A DNA stretch of 63,517 nt, counting the filler, from Folioceros fuciformis (lineage: Eukaryota), in assembly GCA_049999805.1 (NCBI GenBank). It is 21 parts of 21 records of this genome, joined end to end, with 100 filler letters (N's around TTAATTAATTAA, not from the genome) between each part and the next. Parts side by side here need not be neighbours in the genome. Positions count along the whole stretch, not along the records: positions 11,519 to 16,954 come from JBNGIO010000352.1; positions 17,055 to 19,999 come from JBNGIO010000353.1; positions 20,100 to 23,453 come from JBNGIO010000354.1; positions 23,554 to 24,919 come from JBNGIO010000355.1; 17 more parts are not named here. The stretch is one strand, 5' to 3'. Of this stretch, positions 12,194 through 24,291 are shown piece by piece. The notes beneath the pieces are model-generated. The model did no database searches. It saw only the letters and a list, made by a program, of their open reading frames with translations, and was not told the origin of the DNA. The position numbers were made by a program, and so were the translations under genes. Each line of letters begins with the position of its first letter. The stretch's first letter is position 1.

Positions 12194-12480
12194 GAATGCA
12201 CACAGGGTTGGATACTGAATTGCCTCAAGAGCAGTCCTGCCAAAGGAGGAATGCACACAGGGCTGGATACGGAATTGCCTCAAGAGCAGTCCAGCCAAAG
12301 GAGGAATGCACACAGGGTTGGATACGGAATTGCCTCAAGAGCAGTCCTGCCAAAGGAGGAATGCACACAGGGTTGGATACGGAATTGCCTCAAGAGCAGT
12401 CCTGCAAAGGAGGAATGCACACAGGGTTGGATACTGAATTGCCTCAAGAGCAGTCCTGCCAAAGGAGGAATGCACACAGG
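12194..12480 (+). repeat. 55-bp minisatellite, ~5.2 copies
   Basis: AATGCACACAGG recurs at 12195, 12250, 12305, 12360, 12414 and 12469. Confidence 0.95.
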
Positions 12481-14519
12481 AAAAACAGGAAACAGTTTAT
12501 CCTCCGAAATTCAGCATATCATCATCACGGAGACCAATCCAGGCTAGCGAGGAGAGCGCAGGAGAATAAGAAAACAACCTCAGGAAGGCAGCCAAAGCAG
12601 GAGTACTGAACAAACGGCAGTGCAGCATGAACTGTGAAGAACTTGCTCCTTCCCAACTCAATGGAGTGTTAGAATCTGGACGCTCTCATCTACAAGCAGA
12701 GACGCCGTGAGAAAGAGCAGTGCGCAGCCCAATCGGCATAATATGCAACCGATTGCCCGTCGCTCAGTGATGCACATACATGTGAATTAAGGACCTGTGG
12801 TGCAGTGCGCCTAATTAACCATGTTTCTTCGAGTCGCTGGTGACGGGTGGCCTTCGTGCCTCAGCCAGGAAGCCAGATCGCCGCTAATTGCTTCTTCAAC
12901 TTTTTCACACAAAATGCCTGTGATTAGGGTTCCGAGATTTTTCAGCTGTGTCGCATCTGGCAGCCTTCCCTTCCAGATAGGAGGACGCAGGACTGGGATA
13001 CACGAAAGTGGCAAAAACCATGGCAGCAGCAATGGCCATGGCTTGCTCCAGCAGGGCGCTTGCGACAGCTGCACCCTTTCCCGCCTCCAAGCCACTGCTG
13101 CGTGATACGGAGCGGGCCGCTCAAACCGCGTCGTTTGTGCCCCGAGCGGCCAAGAGCGAAGGCGTGGAACCGGACTTGTTTGAAGGCAAGCGCGATCCCT
13201 GGATAACTCTCGGGGAGGACGAGGTGAGCCTACAGTGTCTGCTGTGGTGCACGAGCTGAGCTGAGTGTCCTTAGGCCTTCCCCTTGGTACTGAGCACGGA
13301 TGCTTTTCGACTTGCCGCGGTTTTCAGAGTTTGTTGTCCGCCCTTGGTTGAGTGATTCAGGAGTTGTATTTCCCCTACGGAAAGGCTGATGGAGCACACT
13401 CCTGGCACAAGGGCGACGATGGTGTGTTTTTCGCGTTATTGCAGTCTCCCGAGCAGTGAGTCTCTCTTCGTTAAGCAAGAAGTATTGAGCTGGTCTCTCA
13501 ATGGGGTGGCAGGGACATTTTGGGAAGGCATTGTTGAGGTCTTCGAATCCTCAGGCGGCCCTGTCGGGGTCCAAGGTACTTAGTTGTTGCTACAAGGTGT
13601 GACGAGCTGAGGCTGTGGAGCATGCTTACCTCTTTCGTCTGCTTGTATGCCAGTGTATCCATCTATTGTTTTGTCGCTGGTGCTGCTGTTCAGAACAGCA
13701 GTTTGACATTTTTTCATGTAGGCACAATCTCGTGGCTATATCCCTTGGGAGTATTCGCTGCGTTGTACGCCAATGCGCCAGTAAAGTTCTTAACTCCATC
13801 TGTTTTTCCTATTCACATTGTAGGAACTTGTGTAACTGAGTTTTCTTGCGTTGGATGCAGTCAGAGTTCTACGTGATCTACTCTTCTGTTTTTGTGTGGC
13901 TCTTTATTTCGTTTGAGTTTGCGAAGCCAGACCAGCCGTGGAATTTCGAGCCAGACATGTACTACGATGAGGAGTTGCTCAACGGTGCAAGGGAACCTGA
14001 GCGGCCAGTTGAGAATTCAAAATGAAATTTCCTTGTATAGCCCGTATCGTCGCACATTAAGTCTCTGTTGTTTTGGTCATCTGATTGTAGCTCACCACAC
14101 TGCGGTTCTCGAGTGTTGATCCCCCGGTCAACAGCTGCCTGTCCTGACTTGCTTAGTACTGTCGTCATGTGTACCGGGCATGCATGAGCAATGGGTATGC
14201 GAAAGTTTCCAACAAGTCAGCTGCTTTCGGGGAATACAGTGTGATAGTCTAAAGTAGAAAGGTGGAAGTGTATCAATATTGTAGAGTATATCAGGTCCTA
14301 GAATTACAGATAGGTGAAAAGGTGGTGGTCGAACGACTACGGGCATGGCCCTTTTTGACCAGCAACAGATTGACGTCAGGAAGCGTGTCTCTTTCATTCC
14401 TGACGGTATATACGTGGGTGGCCTCTCAGACAGAGGACTGCCACGAAACACGGGTCTAGCGCCAGCAGATGGGCGTAGCACCGACGAAAAAATGGTTCTG
14501 ACAATCGCTCGCCTTGGAG

Positions 14520-16954
14520 CGTCTAGAAGAAAACATATTTCCTGTTCTCTCTTTTTCTTCTGTCCACCTCCTTCTCCAGGTCAATTATCTTCCTTTCCAG
14601 CTCCTTCCTCTCCTGTTTTTCTCTTTGAATCATGCCCTCCACCAGAGTATTATGTTCAAGCAGGTCAACACATTTCTTGCCACTTTTCTTGGCTTGTAAA
14701 TTCATTTCAAGAGCTTTATGTCGATGCAACTGAACCTCACGATTTGCCCTTTCTAGTGTTGCGTGAACAACCTACAGCCAGTGAGGAATAGTGACAGCTG
14801 CTTGAGAAGAACAAACATCAGTAGAAAAACTCCTTGTTGCATAAGACCAAAAGATTCATAATACCCTCCTCCCCCACCCACCCACCCACCCAAGCAACAA
14901 TCTTGTACTGCACCCTCTCTTGGTCCTCCTACTGTGCCTTCATCTCAGCTGAATTTAGAGTGTTTGCCAGTTCATCGGCAGTTTACGGCTGGAAGGACAC
15001 GGTGACGACAGCAACAAAGCCGACCTAATCATCGCTTGATATACCTATGGGAGTGCCTAGCTTTGAACCGTGTTATCTTTGAGAACAGTGCAGTCTTCAT
15101 ACTCTTAATGAACCCAGGACATCCTGTCCATCAGGGGGCTTTCACTTGGTGCCACTGAGGCAGCAAGGAAAGCTCCTACTCAAGCGCCCCTGGGCACCCC
15201 TGGGGTCAGATCAAAATGGTTTCCTTGATCGCTGTGGGCTTCCACTTTTGCCCCGCGGTCGATACATGTTTAAGCGGTGAGCGGCTACTACTCCTCTCTT
15301 GTCACCCCGCAGCAGTAGCTGCTCATGGTGACATCATGTTGGCAAGATCAGATTCTGTTGAAGAGACCAACTGGGCTGAGTCATGTCAGGCAAATGACAG
15401 TGCTTAGTGGCCTTGAGAACCTGACTGCTTTCAGATGGCACAAGCAGATGGATGGCACAAGCAGATGGTGCTACCAGCTAGAGTTGGCTGATCCATCTGG
15501 ATGCACTCTTGGCTTAAGCAGGGGCGGAGGTAGGCCTAGGTCCTGAGTTCTACTAGGTTGCATCCATTAGTGGGCACCATGCTCCGTATACCCTCCAGCA
15601 AGCAGCCTCAATGTCACCTCCTCCTATGGGGAGAAATGAGTCCTTACCGAGATGCAGCTCTCTAGTTGCTGATTTGCCAGTTCCAGCTTCAGGGCCTTGT
15701 CCTTCAACCGAGTCAGCTCTCTGTTCTCACAGCTGATGTCGCTGTGCATGGCTTTGACTTTCTTCACAACTTTGCGAAGCCGGTTTATCTCTTGAGCAAA
15801 TACGTCTCTTTCAAATTCAGTTTCCTGGGGTTTACTCATTTTTTTAATAAAGTAATTTATCTGCCACCTTGTTGAATTTCCTGCATTACTCCAGAGTGTT
15901 GCCCACTTACTCTGGTACGAGTGACACGAACGTCCCGATGCAAAAGGCATAGCTCCTCGTGCTGGGCATCACAAGTTGCTTGCAAGTCTCCCAACCTTTG
16001 CTTCAATCCTGCAAAATGGCACATGGTGCTTTAGATATAAAACACTAAAATGATCATGATAGAAACTTTCTCAAAAAATGGGTGCTGACAGACTAGTGTA
16101 TGGAATTTTTGGCAGCAAGATAGGGCTATCAATTCTTTTTGGATGAGATTTACTACAACAATTGTGATGCATAGAAACATTTTGCTCATGCATAGATCTA
16201 CCTGTTTGGAGGACTAGAATCTATTGAGAGTGCACTTCTCTATACTCTATGCCATTAGAGTTGAAAGGATGTGTAGTTGTCAATGTATATGTGCCTTCCT
16301 GTGAGCTCAAGACAAATAAAAAAAATAAGGCCTTCAAGTGTGTTAACAACCACTACTGCAAGCAATGATAAGTGTACCAGTTTGTTTTCACTGTGATACT
16401 CCCTCTAATTTAGTGATGAATCAGGTCCTATCTTGCCGACTTTTGAAAACATAAATGATTAGGAACATGTAAGTGCAAGACTTGAATGAGAGAGGACCTG
16501 CAATCTTAGCACGTAGCCTCGTTTGCCCACCAGTGCGTTGGGCACCATCTGCTGATGCAGACAATTCAAGATCTTCCACATCTTTCTCCAATTTTCTATG
16601 GGGTTTGAAAGTGAACACAGATTCAAAGTTGATGAAAAAATACATTGTAGGACACAAAATACATGAGTTAGAAAACATGTAGCATTTAGGTTTTCCAAGA
16701 GCATCAAACCTATTTTCCAAATCAACAGCTGCCGCATGCGTTTTGTATAACTTAAGTTGATGTTGTCCATCAAGAAGTGCTCTCTTCAAATCCATAATTT
16801 CTTCTAGTAGGGATTCTTTATCTCGACTTGCTAACACTAATCTGCGAGATAAACCTGGACCTGGAGCTCTTCCTCGTGGCGATGTACACTCAGCCTCTTG
16901 TAACCCTACTTCTCCTAATGCTAAGAGATGTCCACTTGGTCCAATTCCTCCTAC
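14520..16954 (-). CDS. IQCE-like coiled-coil protein, multi-exon, possibly degenerate, 5' truncated
   Basis: Spliced exons read RDKESLLEEIMDLKRAL...ENR/KLEKDVEDL.../GLKQRLGDLQATC...DVRVTRTR/ETEFERDVFAQEINRLRKVV. This resembles the N-terminal coiled coil of animal IQCE as I recall it. The 3' extent is uncertain. Confidence 0.55.
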
Positions 16955-17054
16955 NNNNNNNNNNNNNNNNNNNNNNNNNNNNNNNNNNNNNNNNNNNNTT
17001 AATTAATTAANNNNNNNNNNNNNNNNNNNNNNNNNNNNNNNNNNNNNNNNNNNN

Positions 17055-19560
17055 AGCGGCCGCCTGGCCTGAACCTCACTTGCCCGCCAGCACTGCAAGC
17101 ATGGCCCGGATCAACCCGAGGCCTGCCTGGCTTGGATCCGACCTCGCCTCTGGCTTGCCACACTACCAGTCTAAACTCGGCCAGTCGCCAGCCCCAGCCG
17201 GCTACCCGGCCTTCGAATCCAACCCTGGCCAGCCTGCTGGGTCCTCCAACCACTGGCCCTACCTGATCTATTGGTCGGCCACCGGCTTGGCTGCTGCCCA
17301 CAGCCGGCCTTTGCAGGCCAACCGCTATCTGGCCGATCAGCCAGGCCGCCTGCGTCGCACCCATTCAGATCCATCCTAGCCAGTCGCTAGGCGGCTGCCT
17401 GACTGCTTGCTAGCGGGCCAGGTCTGTCTGCCGCCGTTCCACTAGCCAGCTCGGCTAGCCCGACCAGCCGGCCTCCCAAATCAGCCAACAGACCTACAGG
17501 CCGGCTACTCCTGTGTGCTCCAGGTTGCCTGGCTTCCGTCGTGAGCAGCCACAGCCATCCTTAACCACGCCACCAGAATTCGGCCCCGATCTGCTCCCGT
17601 CAACCCGGCTAGGCGATCAGCCAGGCTTTCCGGATCCGCCAACAACCCGCCTGCTCATCGACCAGCTAGCCGTCTGCCCGATCTCTGCTAGTCCTCGGGC
17701 TGTCTGCCTAGCTGCCTCCTCGCTTAGCCCGAGGCCTGCCTGGCTTGGGTCCAGCGCGTCCCCTGGCTTGGCCTGCAGCCTGATCCGCTGGCTGGTTGCT
17801 GATGGCCGGCTCAGCCTCTGCTGCCCAGCCCAAGTCCACCCCAGCCAGCTCCTGCACGCCAGGCGGCTTGCCTGCTAGCAGCCCGACTTGGCCAGCCGCC
17901 ATGGGCTCCTCCATCCCCAGAGGCCGCAAACCGGCCTCTGCCTGCCAGAATCCGCCAGCCTGCTCCCGGATCATGCAGCTACTGAGCCACTTGCCGGCCT
18001 CCTGATTCAGTCTCGGCTGCCTAGCAGTCGGGTGTTTGCCCAAGGGTCGCCTGCCCACCACGATCCAGGCCAGTCTGCCTGGCTTGCTTAGGTTCCTGCA
18101 ACCAGTGACTGTCCGGCTTCCCCGGCCGCCTTGCTGCCTGCTCGATCAAACCCGCCTCTTGGATCCGGCAGCCTTGCCTGGCTGCCTGGCCGGGCAGGGC
18201 TGCCTGATCCTCAACCAGTCGCTGCTAGGACAGCAACTTGCCAGGATCCCTCCCCAGCCTGGATATCCCCCAGCCGACCGCCTACCAAAGGCCGCAAGCT
18301 AGCCTGCTCTCCTTCCGGATCCGGTCAGGCAGCCAACCTGCTCGGCCTGGCAGCTTGCTGGATCCGTCCGCCAAGAGCCAACCCCTCTACGCATCCCCTG
18401 ATCCAGCCAGGGGGCCACCTGAGCCCGCTAGCTGGCTAGATCTGGCTGGGAAGTCAGCCGGACCTGGCAAGCCCCCCCTGGCCAACCTGCCCGTGTGCCT
18501 AAGCTTGCCTACTGGCTAGCCCGACCTGGATCTGGCTAGGCAGCCAGCCCACAGGGCGGCCTGCTTCTCCCGCACCTGGTTAAGTAGCCGTCTTGCACTA
18601 GCTCGCTTGCCCGATTCCCCTGGCCACCCCCCGCTGGCCCAGGCCGACTAGCCAGAGGCCGCTAGCTGGCCTCCGGCCTCTAGATCTAGCCGGGCAGCCA
18701 GCCTGCTCGGCCTGGCTGCTTGCTGGATCCACCTGCCTAGGGACCAGGCTAGCCTGCCTGGCTGCTTGGGCTCCTGCAGCCAGGCCGGTGCCTGGCTTTC
18801 GGATCCGGTAGCCAGCCGGCCTGCCGATCAACACCCCCTCCGGCCAGGACTCCCCTGGCCAATCGGCCACCCTAGGCGACTGCCCGGCTGCCTGGATCCA
18901 CCTGTAGGCTGCCCTTGCCGCTGGGGCGCCGGCCAGCTCCTCAGCAGCCGTTGCCAAGCTACCTGGCGACTGCCTGGATGCCTGGCCGAAATCGCCTGCT
19001 TCTGGCCTGCCCGCTAGCTGGCTGGCGATCCGGCCAGCGCCTGTCTGGCCCCGCCGCGACGAGTCATCATGACCCGGCCCCTGCCCAGCCAGCCTACTGG
19101 TTGCTTGGTCCAGCTGCAACCAGCCCGGCCTCCCGATCCAGCCAGGCACTTCACCCCCGAGTCCTCCCAATCAGCTCCCCGCGCTGCAGCCATCAACTGC
19201 CCGACTCACGGCCACCCCGGCCAGCTCCTTGCCAGCCAGGCGTCTTCCTGCTCTCAGCCCGCCGGCCGCCTAGCCTACACAACTGCCTGCTAGGCAACCT
19301 GTCCGATCCAGCCCAGCCCCCGGCCTGGGTCTGGCCATGCGGCCTACCAGCAGCCAGGCCGCCTACCCGGCTGCTGCCTACTCCTCCCTTGGCCAGCCGG
19401 CTGCCTGGCCTCGCCCAGGCCAAGTTAGCCGACTCGTGTGGCTAGCCGAACAGCCGGTCCATTACTCACCCGGCTACCCTCCAGCCTACTGACCCTGAGG
19501 CGACACTCCCCCTACTTGGCCATCTAGCTGGCTAACTTTCCCCGAACCTGGTACTCCCAC
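17055..19560. repeat. GC-rich degenerate low-complexity repeat region (CCAGCC / GGCTAG / GATCC words), probably TE-derived
   Basis: Dense short recurring words and no coherent ORF. Similar texture at 27480-27700 and 28020-28280. Confidence 0.55.
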
Positions 19561-20518
19561 CACCTTAGGCCCTTCTTGCGTGGCCACCTGCTCTCGGCCC
19601 TCGGTCCCAGGCACCGCTGTCCCCGTATCCCGCTTCCACCAGCATCGACCAAAGAGAGCCCCGCTCGCCTTCCATGACGTCCTAGGGTTTACTATTCCTC
19701 CGTCACCTTACCCCAGGAACCAGAGCCCACGTCCTATCTACCACTCAACCTACCTACCCTATCGACTCACCATCACTCTAGCTACTATTCTAAGCTAACC
19801 TTCCAACCTTTCCTCTACAACACTCACTCACAAATCCCAAAAAAAAGAAAACCTATCATTTCTCAGGGGTCTGTTCAGCATGTGGAGTCCACAGCTAGCA
19901 AGAACCAAGAACGGGTGGAGGACTAAGAGGATCAAGGAGCTAAAATGGCGGTTGTTCACTAAGGTGGTTCTTGGATTGGTGAACTTTCAACGCACCTCAN
20001 NNNNNNNNNNNNNNNNNNNNNNNNNNNNNNNNNNNNNNNNNNNTTAATTAATTAANNNNNNNNNNNNNNNNNNNNNNNNNNNNNNNNNNNNNNNNNNNNT
20101 CTGCCTACTACTGTATGACTCCATATACCAATTGACGCTGTCTGTCCTGGTGTGGGACCGCTGACCGGGCGCGGGCCAGAGGTAGAGCTTCGCATTCCTC
20201 GTCCCTGTAATATGCTAGACCTGATTCATCAAAGTGCGGAGCCCTGTTTTCTCATCCATCACGTCCAGCAAGTGGAGGACGTGGCAGATCTCTTGCAATT
20301 GAACGTGTTCAGGATGAAGTCAAAAACTTGTGGAGATGCCTGAGGTGATCATGGCGGCACAAGCTGGGTAGCTGCAATTGCATGTAGAGTGTCACTACAG
20401 TAGGTATTGGAGAAAGGATACACACAAAAGGAACTCGAGAAGCAAAAGATCGAGCTGCATTATTCTTGCCAAGGAAAGATATTGGCTGACTGACGCCGAC
20501 TCTCTCCGACCTTGCCAT

Positions 20519-23350
20519 TGTTAAAATGAATAGCACGCTAACCCTTAGGGCTCGTTTGGATTTTACGTTTTAGGATCCGATAGGGTACTCAGCAAAAAGT
20601 CATGAACATGCGGTTATGTTTTAGCATAACGTTTGGGCACAGTCCCCATGCTCACAACATTCTGTAGCACATGAACTTATAATCAATCTACCACTACGAT
20701 TTCGTCTCTCGGTCCATCTAACCGCAACATGGTATCAGAGCAGGATCCATCTGACCGCAACATGGTATCAGAGCAGGATCCATCTGACCGCAACATGGTA
20801 TCAGAGCAGGATCCATCTGACCGCAACATGGTATCAGAGCAGGATCCATCTGACCGCAACATGGTATCAGAGCAGGATCCATCTGACCGCAACATGGTAT
20901 CAGAGCAGGATCCATCTGACCGCAACATGGTATCAGAGCAGGATCCATCTGACCGCAACATGGTATCAGAGCAGGATCCATCTGACCGCAACATGGTATC
21001 AGAGCAGGATCCATCTGATCGCAACATGGTATCAGAGCAGGATCCATCTGACTGCAACATGGTATCTGACCGCAACATGGTATCAGAGCAGGACCCCTGC
21101 GCGTCGATCGCCCATCCAGCCAACTCATAAAGCCACATCTTCCATATCTCCATGCCAGGAGACAGAAGGCGTCAGTGCCTTGAAAGAAGAGCACGGCGAC
21201 AAACCGAACACCTAGAAAATCTAAGATCTTGCATAGAGCAGCAAAATCTAAAAGAAGCAAGGCAGAATTTATGGCATTATGGTTGGAACATTACCTGCAG
21301 CGTCCTATTGCTGATTGGAGAAGAACTCTCCCTCAGTGGATACGTGGACGCAAGTGAATATGATTGGGCTTACCTTCAAGTGGAATTCCTCTTCCACCAA
21401 TCATGAAGAAGGAATTTAGCACCACACTGGACATCACTGCCCCTATTTCTCTACCAAATGTCAGAGAGCAACTCACCTCCTATCTTGGATACCTAAGCCG
21501 CCATCACGGCCTCTTCAGACTTCCATCTGCACAAGAAATTGCATATCTCCACAATTCTGTGATAGACAAACTAATCAAATTAGACCAACCACACGCACAC
21601 ATCAAATCTCCCCAACGGACATACAGGATTCTCATCACTATGCACCTAGAAATCACCAGCATAATTAGAAACACTGTGTTCAGTGTTTAGACACCTACAC
21701 AGAACATAAACCAAAAAACAAGACAAAATGAGCTCCTCCATTAGCCTCTCCAAAGAAGACCGCTTCGATGGTCAGCAGCATAACTTTGCTGTATGGAAAT
21801 TCAGGAATTATCCGATATATTGAAGGAACATAAATTCTGGGCCTACGCCGGGGGCATTTGGCAGCCCACCCATCGTTACCGCACACCCTGGTGCATCAGC
21901 CACTGCAACAGAACAGGAGGCATGGGAAAACAAGAATCAGCAGGCGAAAAACGTCATTATGCAATCCATAAGACACAGCAACGTGCAAGAAATCTCTGGA
22001 GCAGAAACAGCAGCCCAAGCATGGACACAACTACATGAAATCTATGCCTCTAATAACATCATGCACATAGTGCATACCCTCAAAAACTTCTTCGGCCTGA
22101 AGATGGGAGAAGGTGATCCCGTCGACAATCACGTCATGCTTTTTCGCAGCTGGACTACCAAGTTTTTCTCTACAGGCTTCACCTTGACAGAGGATTTACA
22201 AGCTGCAATCCTCCTCACCACTTTACCAGAATCGTGGGTAACAGTGGTACAATCTCTACAAGGTGTCAAACCACTCACAGTCAATAAAGTTATCAGCTCC
22301 ATGTTAACAGAGGAAGCACGTAGAAAACTTGCAGCCACCTCAAGTTCAGGGGAGACTTCACATGCCTTCTTCTCAGGCCGCGGCAGATCCAGAGGTAGAG
22401 GCAGACCACCATTTAGAGGACAAAGCTCTCGTGGGAGAGGCGCTTGCACCTACCGAGGCAGAGGCACCTACAACCCAACATGGAAGAAGATCTGCAGTTA
22501 TTGCAAAATACCAGGCCACACATAAGAGGAGTGCAGGAAAAGAATGGCCAATCAGAACCAAAGGTACTTACCTCCCACAGGGCAATTGGCCCTCACAATG
22601 AAGCGTCATTCTAAGGCTTTTCTTACCAGCTGCAGCCCTCCTCTTTCAAACCCCAACCCATCCGCCCTAGTAGCCTCCTGCTTCTCAGCCCATGGATCCC
22701 ATGCCTGGTATATTGACTCTGGAGCCTCACAACACATGACTCCACACATCGAATACTTTACAAATCTGAACCCCATAACCTCAAAACAATTTGTCAGTCT
22801 GGGAGATGACACCCGACACCCCATTCAGGGATATGGTTCAGTACAATTGGCCCTACAGCCCTCTACTTCCTTACAAATATTAGACGTCCTTCACGTACCC
22901 AGTTTAACCAAAAACCTCTTCTCTGTCCGAAAGGTAGATGAATCCGGATGTTATATATGCTTTGGCCAAGGCCGCTGCGTAATCGAGTTTCCACAAGGGG
23001 AAGTATTGGTCACAGGCGATTTAAGAAGCGACGATCTGTATCATCTGAACACATCCACTCCACCCGTTCCTTCCCTTACAGCCAGTACATAGAAAAACCA
23101 ATCCTACCTATGGCATGCCCGACTTGGGCACATGCACCTTCAACGAATGAAAGATACAATTTCAACAACAGCAGCTACTAGCATTCCTCTTACCAAGGTG
23201 GAGGATTTTGGCCCATGCGAAGCATGCACTTTAGGGAAGAGCCACCATACTCCTTTCCCCAAGGGCCCTACCACAAGAGCCACCAACAAATTACAACTGG
23301 TGCATTTGGACCTCTGTGGTCCCTTTAAAAGATCTCTCCACAGCCATTTA
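20519..23350 (+). mobile_element. Ty1/copia element: 5' LTR (20519-20729), amplified PBS, extra 5' ORF, gag-PR-integrase start; decayed
   Basis: TGTT...AACA LTR. gag starts at 21728 (KEDRFDG..NFAVWKFR), with zinc knuckle CSYCKIPGH, protease WYIDSGAS, and integrase CEAC...LVHLDLCGP. Confidence 0.9.
20713..21093 (+). repeat. 33-bp tandem array of LTR 3' end + tRNA-iMet PBS
   Basis: Unit TCCATCTGACCGCAACATGGTATCAGAGCAGGA. TGGTATCAGAGC occurs at 20730+33k (k=0-9), truncated at 21060 and full at 21078. Confidence 0.97.
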
Positions 23351-23453
23351 TACTTTAGGGTTTAGGGTTCTTTTAAAGGATCTTTTAAAGGGACCGCAGA
23401 GGTCCGAATGCACCAGTTGTAATTTGTTGGTGGCTCTTGTGGTAGGGCCCTTG
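23260..23453. repeat. 75-bp inverted repeat (fold-back) with telomeric filler
   Basis: 23260-23334 is the reverse complement of 23379-23453 with 2 mismatches. TTTAGGGTTTAGGGTT lies at 23354-23369. Confidence 0.92.
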
Positions 23454-23553
23454 NNNNNNNNNNNNNNNNNNNNNNNNNNNNNNNNNNNNNNNNNNNNTTA
23501 ATTAATTAANNNNNNNNNNNNNNNNNNNNNNNNNNNNNNNNNNNNNNNNNNNN

Positions 23554-24027
23554 GAACGTCCCCACGGCTCCGCACCCGTGCGTCACGAACCGGTTTCCAG
23601 CCGCTACCGCGAAGGGCGAGGAGGCGGCGAGGTCGAGATCCAGCCTCGAGCTCCCAGTCCGGTTCGACCCGGCGCAGGTCGGAGGCGCCACCAGCCACTC
23701 GTTGCCCAGCAGCACCCACGCCTCCTTCACGTCCAGAGCCAGCACCTGGAACGGGCCGGATTTCGTGTCCAGCAACGGCCCAGTCACTGCGTCGCACCGG
23801 ATGACGAGGTCCGGCAGGCCCGAGCTCGCCGTGCTCCCGTTGCTGCCGCCGCCGCACCCGGATCCGGGTCCGGATCCCGATCCATTTCCTTGTAGACTGA
23901 AGGGGAAGGGAATTGTGAGCTTGCCGCACACGCAAGGAGCTGCAGTGGAAGCGGAAGAAGCACGCCTGGCTAAGACCCAAGCCCAAGCCAGGAGCAGCAC
24001 GATGGCCGCAGCTCGGACATCCACCAT
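23554..24027 (-). CDS. Wall-associated kinase-like protein, signal peptide + GUB_WAK-like ectodomain start (3' truncated)
   Basis: MVDVRAAAIVLLLAWAWVL signal, then CGKLTIPFPF...GCG...IRC...FQVLAL...SPFAVAAGNRFVTHGC. Confidence 0.75.
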
Positions 24028-24131
24028 CCTCTGCTCATGCCTCCTCCTGCTGCTCTCCGTTCCGCGATGCAGGTGACTGTTTCCGGCAAGCAAGCCGGCC
24101 CCCCGGTGACGAGGGTCATTGACCCTTCCCT

Positions 24132-24291
24132 TCCTGTGTCCGCCTCGTCTGAAAGGCCGCTTGCTAGGAAACGCGGCCCAAAGTGTCTGGCCTCCTCTCC
24201 TGTGTCCGCCTCGTCTGAAAGGCCGCTAGCTAAGAAACGCGGCCCAAAGTGTCTGGCCTCCTCTCCTGTGTCCGCGTCGTGTGAAAGACCG
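24132..24291 (+). repeat. 66-bp tandem repeat, ~2.4 copies
   Basis: TCCTGTGTCCGC recurs at 24132, 24198 and 24264. Confidence 0.9.

Noticed and set aside
12152-12609. 131/137-aa repetitive ORFs
   Set aside because: Translations of the 55-bp minisatellite, antisense to COAD.
17080-19445. Many Pro/Ala/Gly-rich ORFs
   Set aside because: Expected from GC-rich low-complexity DNA; no recognisable domain.
20683-21260. Repeat-protein ORFs (MVSEQDPSDRN)n, (SDTMLRSDGSC)n and a CRISPR-like look
   Set aside because: By-products of a 33-bp (3n) tandem unit. There are no unique spacers and no cas genes.
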